A DNA stretch of 37,536 nucleotides from IMG/VR virus record IMGVR_UViG_3300045988_062118, positions 1 to 37,536 of that record; one strand, 5' to 3'. The DNA comes from a virus. This document shows, one piece after another, positions 8,546-16,301 of this stretch. Position numbers and translations under genes: made by a program. Every line of letters starts with the position of its first letter. Position 1 is the stretch's first letter. A model generated the notes under the pieces. The model was not told the origin of the DNA. It was given only the letters and a program-made list of their open reading frames with translations, and made no database searches.

Positions 8546-9952
8546 CTATACCAGCCATGTTCCCTTAGGCTTATCATTCTCATATACACCAGTCAGCGCA
8601 TCCGGAGCATCATCATGAGCATTCTTACCCTCTTTCTGATACTTCCTTATTGCTTCCGCAAAATCTGGCCATCTGTCTTCCCAATTCACAGGGAAGAGAA
8701 CGTTCTGCATTACTCCTGTGCTGTTTGACAGGATCCTTGATGTCTTATTCTTTGACTGAAAGAACCACTGTATCTTAGTATGGGTATTCCCCAGAGCTTT
8801 TAGTTCTCTTATAACGTTTCTGCTGAATCCTCGACCGCCATTATTGCTCTCTATTAAAGCATTACCAACGTTATTATTTGTCAGCATCTGAGCTGTTGCC
8901 GGTTCAGTAACTTCCATTGGCTCTTTTGTGTATAAAACGTCAAGTATGTAATATGTACTCTCATACATGCCATAGCAAATAGAACACAGGTAATCACTAC
9001 CTGTGTCTGCTGTATCTGTATAATTCAATATATATTTGAACAGGTTATTACCCTTGCTATCCCTCGGAATATCCGTATATGTCTTGATATGACTGTATAG
9101 TCTGCCCTTGACATCTATAGGCTCCTGCTGGTAATTTGCAAGGACTATATCCTTGTTCATATTCTTGGTCTTTATCTTGTAATCCTTATATGACAGGATA
9201 GCCTCACAGAGCATTGTCCCATCGTCTTGTACTGCCTTGTAATTGATATGAACTACATTGTCATAGTTGGCAAGTACATATCCGGCAAGATCTTTTGTTG
9301 ACCATCTTGTCATAATTATGATGATTTTAAAATCATTCTCTGTTCTGGAGAGCATTGTATTGTTGAACCAGTCAATCTGCTTCTGCAATACTGATTCATT
9401 GTAGGCTTCCTCACTGTTCTTGATAAGATCATCTATTATCATGATATTACAGCCAAATCCTGTTGCTGTACCTGTCGGAGAAGTTGCAAGGTAATTAGCC
9501 TGCTGACTGCCCTCAAGGCTCCATTTCTGTGCTGCAGCCTCCCCATACTTTATCTTTGTGCCAGGGAATATATCTCCATATGTCAGAATGCCCTCTGTAG
9601 GCTTTTCTGCTATAACATCCCTGACAGCCTTTGCAAATGTTCCTGACAGGGTCTCATTATATGATCCTGTCATAACCTTTTTGTCTATACCATATTTACC
9701 AAATAACCACTGAACAAATTTAGTAGCTGTTCGTGATTTTCCGTGTCTTGGTGGCATATTCACCACCATTATCTGTTGCTCTGCTTCTTCTACGAACCAC
9801 TGCAGCTTATCCGCAAGATCATGCAAGAACACTCTGTCGTTACTATAGAAGTCAGGAGAGGTCAGCTTGCAATACTGCCAGAACTCTCTCCTTGATAGCT
9901 CTATTTTTAGCTGTTGCTGTAATAAAGGGTCATGTCTATCAAACGTCATCAA
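8546..9952 (-). CDS. terL: Terminase large subunit
   Basis: 468 aa. Walker A-like PPRHGKS and an IIDD Walker B-like motif. Overlaps the end of terS. Confidence 0.9.
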   Translation of the reverse strand: MMTFDRHDPLLQQQLKIELSRREFWQYCKLTSPDFYSNDRVFLHDLADKLQWFVEEAEQQIMVVNMPPRHGKSRTATKFVQWLFGKYGIDKKVMTGSYNETLSGTFAKAVRDVIAEKPTEGILTYGDIFPGTKIKYGEAAAQKWSLEGSQQANYLATSPTGTATGFGCNIMIIDDLIKNSEEAYNESVLQKQIDWFNNTMLSRTENDFKIIIIMTRWSTKDLAGYVLANYDNVVHINYKAVQDDGTMLCEAILSYKDYKIKTKNMNKDIVLANYQQEPIDVKGRLYSHIKTYTDIPRDSKGNNLFKYILNYTDTADTGSDYLCSICYGMYESTYYILDVLYTKEPMEVTEPATAQMLTNNNVGNALIESNNGGRGFSRNVIRELKALGNTHTKIQWFFQSKNKTSRILSNSTGVMQNVLFPVNWEDRWPDFAEAIRKYQKEGKNAHDDAPDALTGVYENDKPKGTWLV

Positions 9953-10520
9953 TAAGTTTCTTCAATTCTTCGGTTGTAAGCCCCTCAAATACATTCGGTG
10001 TGGTATTCTTCACTTCCACCTTTTCTGTGAACATACCTAAATGCTTACCTAGGAGCTCCAATGCCTGTATCTTGCTGTAAGGCTTTATTTCAAAGCCGTC
10101 TCGACCCTTTTTTATAACTGCAATAGCTTTCTTCTGATCTTCTGTAAGTTCATCCGTCAGGATAGGCTCTACTGTCCTGTATTTCACCTGATTGCCGTCC
10201 TCGTCAAGTACCGGGACCATATTCCCATCAACTTCTACCATGGCATCCTTTTCAACTACTCTTGCATAGTCAGATGCCTTTGCAAATGCGATAAGTGCAA
10301 GCTCATGTAATACGCTATCCTGAGTTATTTCTGTGCGTTCTTCACGCTTCTTCTGTAGTTCAGATATATGGTTTTGAACTGAAGTTTTCTGAAGTAGTTG
10401 ATACGCTAATTGTTCAGCTGTTTTCGGTGAGTACCCTGCCCTTATAGCTGCCTGTGTGGCATTAAGGTCAATCAAGTATTCATCACAGAATCTCTGCTGT
10501 TTAGCTGTCAGTTTTGCCAT
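9939..10520 (-). CDS. terS: Terminase small subunit (Terminase_2-like)
   Basis: The N-terminus (LTAKQQRFCDEYLIDLNATQAAIRAGYSPKTA) is the classic small-terminase HTH pattern. Confidence 0.9.
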   Translation of the reverse strand: MAKLTAKQQRFCDEYLIDLNATQAAIRAGYSPKTAEQLAYQLLQKTSVQNHISELQKKREERTEITQDSVLHELALIAFAKASDYARVVEKDAMVEVDGNMVPVLDEDGNQVKYRTVEPILTDELTEDQKKAIAVIKKGRDGFEIKPYSKIQALELLGKHLGMFTEKVEVKNTTPNVFEGLTTEELKKLIDDV

Positions 10521-10540
10521 AATGTCACACCTTCTTTCTG

Positions 10541-10759
10541 TTACTTTCTCACTCTCTTCGGAATCACAATCTTGTATAACGGCTTACACACACTTATTAC
10601 CTCTCCACCCAGCTTTATAGTTGGCTGAAATTTGTATATCTTAGTGCACTTAACCATCACCTTTATCATGGCTATTGGTAAAGCCAGCCTGCCAAGCGGA
10701 TGTATGTATTCAAAACTATATTCAGGTCTCACGACCTCAAACCTTTTAATCTTACTCAT
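10541..10759 (-). CDS. Hypothetical basic 72-aa protein
   Basis: ORF with GAGGTGAG RBS upstream of terS. No recognisable motif. Confidence 0.45.
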   Translation of the reverse strand: MSKIKRFEVVRPEYSFEYIHPLGRLALPIAMIKVMVKCTKIYKFQPTIKLGGEVISVCKPLYKIVIPKRVRK

Positions 10760-10770
10760 ATCTCACCTCA

Positions 10771-10836
10771 AACAAAAAGCCCAGTGGGGGAGAGATCAGC
10801 GTTCACTTTTCACAAGGGGAGGTACAACCACTGGGC
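10771..10836 (-). terminator. Terminator-like hairpin A in the late-operon leader
   Basis: Minus strand: 9-bp GC-rich stem GCCCAGTGG/CCACTGGGC with a ~40-nt loop, followed by TTTTTGTTT. Confidence 0.5.
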
Positions 10837-10840
10837 ATAA

Positions 10841-10879
10841 GAAAAGGGACACGACCGAAATGGCAAACAGTCATGTCCC
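10841..10879 (-). terminator. Terminator-like hairpin B in the late-operon leader
   Basis: Minus strand: 10-bp stem GGGACATGAC/GTCGTGTCCC (one G-U pair) with a 14-nt loop, followed by TTTTCTT. Confidence 0.6.
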
Positions 10880-10894
10880 TTATGAATCAATATA

Positions 10895-10916
10895 ATTTTA
10901 CCATACTAGTATACCA
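10895..10916 (-). promoter_or_regulatory. Candidate late promoter: two extended -10 elements (TGGTATACT, TGGTAAAAT) without a consensus -35
   Basis: Read on the minus strand directly downstream of the 10-bp-phased repeats and upstream of the terS operon. Confidence 0.45.
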
Positions 10917-10920
10917 CGTT

Positions 10921-10962
10921 TGCTAGGTGCTATGTGGTGCTAAATGGTGCTATTTGGTGCTG
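10921..10962. repeat. Four tandem 10-bp-phased repeats (plus strand nnnnTGGTGC; minus strand GCACCAnnnn)
   Basis: tgctaggtgc/tatgtggtgc/taaatggtgc/tatttggtgc. (A/T)GGTGC starts at 10925, 10935, 10945 and 10955. The array overlaps the last codons of the late regulator gene. Confidence 0.9.
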
Positions 10963-11380
10963 AGTTTTCCAAGACCTTAATTCTAAATGCCTCAAGTGCA
11001 AAACCATGTATATGTTTTGTCCTGCCATATGAATAATCAAGTTCTTTGGCAATCTCCTTCAGGTTCTTATATTCAATATATTTCATGAACAATACATTGA
11101 CGTACTTCGGTTCGTCCAGCATATGTATCTGTCCTATGATCTTATGCTTGAGCTCCGTGAACCGCTCTATGTCCTCATGAATCTCCTTCTCAAGGTCAAC
11201 ATACTTTGCCACCTTATTGCTCATAGAATCAGCCTTGGCGCTTGTCTGCACCTTTTCTGCCGAATAATCAAATGCCCCTGTACAGGTTGCATCTTCCTTG
11301 AGTCCTGCAAGCTCTATCTTCCTCTGTCTGATCTTAACATCCAGAAGCTTCACCTGTTTCAAATACTCTTTTGCTTTCAC
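10940..11380 (-). CDS. Late transcriptional regulator, DUF1492 / ArpU-RinA superfamily (sigma region-4-like)
   Basis: 146 aa. The N-terminus (MKAKEYLKQVKLLDVKIRQRKIEL) and a C-terminal HTH-like segment (YKNLKEIAKELDYSYGRTKHIHGFALEAF) are typical of this family. It is the last gene before terS. Confidence 0.7.
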   Translation of the reverse strand: MKAKEYLKQVKLLDVKIRQRKIELAGLKEDATCTGAFDYSAEKVQTSAKADSMSNKVAKYVDLEKEIHEDIERFTELKHKIIGQIHMLDEPKYVNVLFMKYIEYKNLKEIAKELDYSYGRTKHIHGFALEAFRIKVLENSAPNSTI

Positions 11381-11391
11381 CGCCTCACCTC

Positions 11392-11787
11392 CTACTTGTT
11401 CTCCCGGATGGTGAAATCCAAACCTGTTTCTTCCTTTAGTGTCTGTATCAGATCATCCCAGATAATTTCTTCATCACACAGCGCATCAGTCTTTAAATTA
11501 AATCTTTCGCAGAATCTCTCAAGCCTCTTCTGTCCAAAATCAAATTCATCTCGAAGTACCATGCAACTCATTATCAAAATACAATCTATTGTATTCAGTT
11601 TGATTTTATACACAGCTTCGTCAAGCTGCTTCTGGTTGACCTCAAGCGGAACAAACATGGCTCCTCTGACCTTGAGTTCTTTCTCTGCTGCTTCCATGCC
11701 CTGTGTCTTGATGACATTCATCAGCCATGCAGCCCCCGCCATTCTTGCTTCGTGTAGCTTTCTATCTGATTTTGCCACCCTGCTCAC
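11392..11787 (-). CDS. Hypothetical protein (131 aa)
   Basis: ORF in the operon. No recognisable motif. Confidence 0.55.
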   Translation of the reverse strand: MSRVAKSDRKLHEARMAGAAWLMNVIKTQGMEAAEKELKVRGAMFVPLEVNQKQLDEAVYKIKLNTIDCILIMSCMVLRDEFDFGQKRLERFCERFNLKTDALCDEEIIWDDLIQTLKEETGLDFTIRENK

Positions 11788-12056
11788 TCCTTCCGCATGA
11801 ATCTGTTCATCAAATGGTTTTCAGGATCCATTTTTATCCTGAATCCTATCTGTTCCTTATTATCTATCACTCCCGGATCATTGAGCTGTGCCCCATCAAG
11901 GAAATCTCGTAGTTCTTCCAGACAGTCTGGGCATAGATCCTTTGTCTCTACTGGATCATCGAACACATCAACCATCCTTGCCCTTATCGGCGCTCCGTGT
12001 TCAAACGGCAGGTCATAGAACCCGCCGCATCTATCGCATTTGCCTGCATATGCCAT
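11784..12056 (-). CDS. Small zinc-ribbon-like protein (90 aa)
   Basis: CDRCGG ... CPDC cysteine pairs. Overlaps its neighbour by 4 nt. Confidence 0.55.
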   Translation of the reverse strand: MAYAGKCDRCGGFYDLPFEHGAPIRARMVDVFDDPVETKDLCPDCLEELRDFLDGAQLNDPGVIDNKEQIGFRIKMDPENHLMNRFMRKE

Positions 12057-12057
12057 T

Positions 12058-12471
12058 CTATATAGTCTCCTTTATCAATTCCGGATTGTCAAAGATGTTG
12101 CCAACGACCTCTGCATTAACCATGTTTATCCAATATCCTAAGTCTTTGCGATAATTCCTGCTCTCTGACCAATCCACATAAAATCCTATGTGCTCCGTTT
12201 TTTGATTATCAAAGCAGCTTTGATATGCTCCATATCTGATTTGTGCATATGCATTGCCAAAATGATATTTTATAACATCATTCTCCCATATCAGCTTGCC
12301 GTTCTTATCTTTCAAGCCTGTGCACTGACAGATAGTATCTGGTCGCACTTCAAATGCAAATGGTGCCCCTGCTTTATTGCTGATATACCATTTATTTTCC
12401 TTACAATGTAAAAATCCTGCAACCCACTCTCCATTACAAATTTTCGCCTTGAATAGGCATCTATCTTTCAT
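12058..12471 (-). CDS. YopX family protein
   Basis: CTGLKDKNGKLIWENDVI and a C-terminal VVGNIFDNPEL, which is the typical YopX pattern. Confidence 0.75.
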   Translation of the reverse strand: MKDRCLFKAKICNGEWVAGFLHCKENKWYISNKAGAPFAFEVRPDTICQCTGLKDKNGKLIWENDVIKYHFGNAYAQIRYGAYQSCFDNQKTEHIGFYVDWSESRNYRKDLGYWINMVNAEVVGNIFDNPELIKETI

Positions 12472-13105
12472 CTACTCCACCTCTTTCGCATCGTTCAAAT
12501 TCTATTACCCACACCCACGGATTCGCACTCCAACCGTAGTAATCAAGGTCGGATTTCTTGATGGTGCTGTTCCAAACTTCCCTACCAAACAGCTCTCCCA
12601 TAGTCATGTCGCAATATTTAATACTGCTCATACATGGACCATCTAAATCGCAAGTATGTCCATCTGCTGATACTCTGGTTAAGCATGGCGGTTTAAATTT
12701 AAATCCTTCATCCCACACTCCATCCTCTGTAATTTCCTGCAACCGCTCCACCCTCACATCCGTAACCTTAAGCCAGATACGTGCGGCTTTTTTCGGCATG
12801 TGAATGGATGGCTTCCAAAGTAAATCTTTTGACATCCATAATTTATCATCTGCCTTGTACCAAAAGATGTTAGCTGCTGCCTGAATAAATGTTTCCCGGA
12901 CATACAAAATATCACCCGGCTGATATGGCGGTATACATAACTTGCTAATAATCTGCTCATCCTCCACCTCTGGATGCTCTTTGTGATACGGACTATTCAG
13001 AATCGCTTCAACATCATGTTTCACAATTCGTCTAGTGCAACTCTTTCTCCCGTCCAAAATTGCCCGAACCATCTCAGTATTGAATAAAATCGGTTTAATT
13101 GACAT
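12461..13105 (-). CDS. ASCH/PUA-like domain protein
   Basis: The N-terminus (KPILFNTEMVRAILDGRKSCTRR) is characteristic of phage ASCH-domain proteins. Confidence 0.55.
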   Translation of the reverse strand: MSIKPILFNTEMVRAILDGRKSCTRRIVKHDVEAILNSPYHKEHPEVEDEQIISKLCIPPYQPGDILYVRETFIQAAANIFWYKADDKLWMSKDLLWKPSIHMPKKAARIWLKVTDVRVERLQEITEDGVWDEGFKFKPPCLTRVSADGHTCDLDGPCMSSIKYCDMTMGELFGREVWNSTIKKSDLDYYGWSANPWVWVIEFERCERGGVDER

Positions 13106-13361
13106 CTACACCGCCACCTTTCACAATCTCGATTGCATGCCCATAACTTCTTGCTTTCTCTTTTCCCAAATTCCCGTCGTATGCATTCTCCCAAAACTTT
13201 CGCTCATTTTCTAACTGCTCCACAACCGCATCCACATCGTATATTTTTTCTGAACTGCATAATTCTTCAATCTGATCTACGATAAAGTAATCACAGGTTC
13301 CACGATTAGAAGTATTTATGAGTTCCATCACATTATCTACCCTTACATATTTACCACTCAT
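13095..13361 (-). CDS. Hypothetical protein (88 aa)
   Basis: ORF in the operon, overlapping its neighbours. Confidence 0.5.
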   Translation of the reverse strand: MSGKYVRVDNVMELINTSNRGTCDYFIVDQIEELCSSEKIYDVDAVVEQLENERKFWENAYDGNLGKEKARSYGHAIEIVKGGGVDVN

Positions 13362-13560
13362 CGTTCACTCTCCTGTTCCATGCTTTAATTTCTTTTCTCT
13401 CTGCGGCATTATAAGAACCCGCCCATGTTCCACCGCTTCTTCCGTGGCAATTATTGCAGATAATCTGTGCCCAAAATCCCTTATCTTCTCCCGGAATTCG
13501 TTCATAATTCATTTCAGCTTTCCCACCGCAAAACGGGCACGGCTTTAATTCTTCACTCAT
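13351..13560 (-). CDS. Lar-family restriction alleviation-like protein
   Basis: 69 aa with KPCPFCGG ... CNNCH ... AWNRR, the signature pattern of the Lar family. Confidence 0.7.
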   Translation of the reverse strand: MSEELKPCPFCGGKAEMNYERIPGEDKGFWAQIICNNCHGRSGGTWAGSYNAAERKEIKAWNRRVNDEW

Positions 13561-13566
13561 TGTTCA

Positions 13567-13866
13567 TCACTCCTCAACCTTCCTTTCCGCCTCAAGCCAT
13601 CTGCGGGTACATTCTATGCAATGTTGCTTACCCCTCTGACACACAATCTCGTCAAATCCAATCTCGTCAAATCCAACCTCACTCGGACACATGATGATCG
13701 GCGCAAGATCCGCATCACCAAGCGACCTGATGTAGTCGCCGTTGGTCATCGGCTCATAGTTGTCAACTGCATTCTTGGTGCAGTGTGCGCATGGTTCCTG
13801 TGACTCGTCTCTATATTTGTATTTGCAAGTTTTGCAATTCTCTATTCTCTCTGGTGTTATTTCCAT
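13567..13866 (-). CDS. Cysteine-rich hypothetical protein (99 aa)
   Basis: CKTCKY...CAHC...CIEC cysteine pairs. Contains a perfect 15-bp tandem duplication (GFDEIGFDEI). Confidence 0.55.
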   Translation of the reverse strand: MEITPERIENCKTCKYKYRDESQEPCAHCTKNAVDNYEPMTNGDYIRSLGDADLAPIIMCPSEVGFDEIGFDEIVCQRGKQHCIECTRRWLEAERKVEE

Positions 13867-14096
13867 CGTATTTCCCCCTTCCTGATCATCTCTCTTATGT
13901 CTGTGTTGCTGAAGCTCTCCTTGTAGCCCTTTTCGCTCTGCATCAGTACATGGTGCTCATATACCTTGATGATTGTCCAGCGCTTCCAAACCCTTATAGG
14001 GATATTTTCCTCTTTTCCGCTCTTTGTGAGTATCTTCACCACCTGCCCCGGTCGGCAGATGGTGTTAAATATTGCATCTATCTCAAATTCTGTCAT
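13857..14096 (-). CDS. Hypothetical protein (79 aa)
   Basis: Start moved to the ATG at 14096, preceded by AAAGGAGAG, downstream of the antirepressor stop. Confidence 0.5.
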   Translation of the reverse strand: MTEFEIDAIFNTICRPGQVVKILTKSGKEENIPIRVWKRWTIIKVYEHHVLMQSEKGYKESFSNTDIREMIRKGEIRWK

Positions 14097-14109
14097 GTGA
14101 TCTCTCCTT

Positions 14110-14856
14110 TCAGATAGCAAGGAACTTATTCACAAAATACTGCTGTCCCTTGCCTGTAACCTTTGGTGTCCTAGTGATCCTGACTGAGCCGTCTGGATTG
14201 CTTATGGTGCTTTCCTTCACCTCAAACAGCTTCATCTCCATGCTTCTCTGAGTTGGCATATTTCGATCTGAGCCCTCTCTTTTGATGAGGTAGCCATTAT
14301 CACGCAACCACTTAAACAAGCGTTTCTGACCGATGTTCACACCATTCTGGCTAATCAGTTTTGCAAGGTCTCCGATCAGAATTGATGTATGACTTGCTGC
14401 AACCGCATCAGCGAATATTGCCTTTGGCTTCATGGTCTCTATCTGCTTGTCCCTCTCAAGTATCTTGTTCTGAGCCACCTGTAAGGCTCTGGCCATAAGT
14501 TCATCATCCGACATGGTTTCCTGCCCGGCTATGTACCCGCCATTCTTGCGGATGGATGGAAGCACCTCACTTGTCACCCACTTCTTGAACTTCTTTGCAT
14601 TTGGCAGCTTGCTTGAAAGGATAAGGCTGTATAACCCTGATTCATTGATAAATATCACTTCTCGATTCTGACCTGACAGAACGATTCGTTCGGTCAGCTT
14701 ATCTTCTTCATCAACATGATCCCTAATTGCCTTTGCTGTGTTTGCGTATTCAAGAATGTCAGCCACCTCCTTCCCGATAAACCAAGTCTCGCCGTTCTCT
14801 ATTACTGTTCTAATCTTTCCAAATTCTTTATTCTCAAATATCTTCAAATCGTTCAT
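14110..14856 (-). CDS. Antirepressor, BRO-N + KilAC domains
   Basis: The N-terminus (LKIFENKEFGKIRTVIENGETWFIGKEVADILEY) fits BRO-N. The C-terminus (IGDLAKLISQNGVNIGQKRLFKWLRDNGYL) fits KilAC. Confidence 0.8.
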   Translation of the reverse strand: MNDLKIFENKEFGKIRTVIENGETWFIGKEVADILEYANTAKAIRDHVDEEDKLTERIVLSGQNREVIFINESGLYSLILSSKLPNAKKFKKWVTSEVLPSIRKNGGYIAGQETMSDDELMARALQVAQNKILERDKQIETMKPKAIFADAVAASHTSILIGDLAKLISQNGVNIGQKRLFKWLRDNGYLIKREGSDRNMPTQRSMEMKLFEVKESTISNPDGSVRITRTPKVTGKGQQYFVNKFLAI

Positions 14857-14873
14857 CTAAAACCTCCTACTAT

Positions 14874-16301
14874 CTATACAAAACACAACTGTCCGTTCTC
14901 TTCTTCGCTTATCCTCATGTTTGGCATCCTCTTCCTTACACACAGCTCCGGAAGATTTGATCTCACCATCGCCGCCGGTATAGGTGGACAAACTGCATTT
15001 CCACATCTCTTAACCTGTTCGCTTCTTGAATATGTCTTACCTGTGTTGTCATGATCTATGATGTAATCATCCGGAAACCCTTGGCACCCATATAACTCCT
15101 TTGGCTCAAGCATTCTGAGACCAATGTCCACTATCTGATACTCAACACCTTGGATTGTTACAAGGCCGAACCGGTCTCTTGATGTCACTGTATCAAGCGG
15201 CTGTTCTATATCTTGGCCTGTACCCTCTCCGTAGTATTTAATCAGGAATGCTCTGACCTCTCCAAAATGTCCGGCTGATGTTGTCACTGTATGCAGCGGT
15301 TCTCTCTCATCCTGTCCTATCCCTGTCTTGTAAAACTTGCTGAGAAACGAAGTCACAAGGCCATATCTGTTTGAACTGTCAACTGTCATAATCGGATTCT
15401 CTATGCCTTGACCTCGTACCTCGTCTGAATTGGTCTCTGAATGGTATTGAATGAGTGTAGGACTTATAAAACATTGCTGATTGCCCTGAATGATAAACGG
15501 CTCTGGATTATCCAGAACGAACTTCTTCAGCCCTCTTGCAATCCTCTGCATAGTCTTTGGTGCAAGTGGCCTCACCGCCCGAATGCCGTACTTCTCCTTG
15601 ATCTCCTCTGATGTATCAAAGATGCTCGGACATGGCAGGCTGAAATCAAGCTGTGTATATGCCCCAACATAAGGCTTGAGCAGTCCCGCCTTGACCTCTT
15701 CACTGTCTGCCGGTGCATGCGTAGGCTTTGGCCACATGATAGGTACACCATCACACCTTGCGATCATAAAGAACCTTTTTCTTTTAGTCGGTGCTCCGTA
15801 GTCTGCCGCCACGAGCTCTCTGAACTGTACCTCATACCCCAGCTCATTGAGCTGCTTTACAAATTGCCTGAATGTATCTCCTTGTTTTGCCTTGATTGGA
15901 TGATGCCCTCGGTTGAGCGGTCCCCATGTCTTGAACTCCTCAACGTTCTCCAGCATGATCACTCTCGGTCTCACAAGTGCCGCCCATCTGCAGGCTACCC
16001 ATGCAAGCCCTCTGATGTTCTTATCCTTTGGCTTGCCACCCTTGGCCTTGCTGAAATGCTTACAGTCTGGGGAGAACCAGGCAAGAGCTACCGGGTGTCC
16101 CTCACAGGCTTTCACAGGGTCAACCGCCCACACGTTTTCACAGTAATGCTTTGTGTTTGGATGGTTGACCTTATGCATCCTGATGGCTTCCGGATCATGA
16201 TTGATTGCTATATCAACGCTGTACCCTGTAGCCATCTCAATCCCTGTTGATGCTCCACCACCTCCGGCAAAGTTATCAACAATAAGTTCTCCGTTTATCA
16301 T
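14874..16301 (-). CDS. DNA (cytosine-5) methyltransferase
   Basis: Motifs DNFAGGGG (I), SPDCKHFS (IV), ENV (VI), QGFPDDY and GNAVCPP (X). Confidence 0.9.
   Translation of the reverse strand: MINGELIVDNFAGGGGASTGIEMATGYSVDIAINHDPEAIRMHKVNHPNTKHYCENVWAVDPVKACEGHPVALAWFSPDCKHFSKAKGGKPKDKNIRGLAWVACRWAALVRPRVIMLENVEEFKTWGPLNRGHHPIKAKQGDTFRQFVKQLNELGYEVQFRELVAADYGAPTKRKRFFMIARCDGVPIMWPKPTHAPADSEEVKAGLLKPYVGAYTQLDFSLPCPSIFDTSEEIKEKYGIRAVRPLAPKTMQRIARGLKKFVLDNPEPFIIQGNQQCFISPTLIQYHSETNSDEVRGQGIENPIMTVDSSNRYGLVTSFLSKFYKTGIGQDEREPLHTVTTSAGHFGEVRAFLIKYYGEGTGQDIEQPLDTVTSRDRFGLVTIQGVEYQIVDIGLRMLEPKELYGCQGFPDDYIIDHDNTGKTYSRSEQVKRCGNAVCPPIPAAMVRSNLPELCVRKRMPNMRISEEENGQLCFV

Noticed and set aside
10921-10962. 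Possible CRISPR array or tRNA-like element in the 10-bp repeat region
   Set aside because: The units are only 10 bp, contiguous and without spacers, and no cas genes are present. I saw no cloverleaf-capable sequence anywhere in the window.
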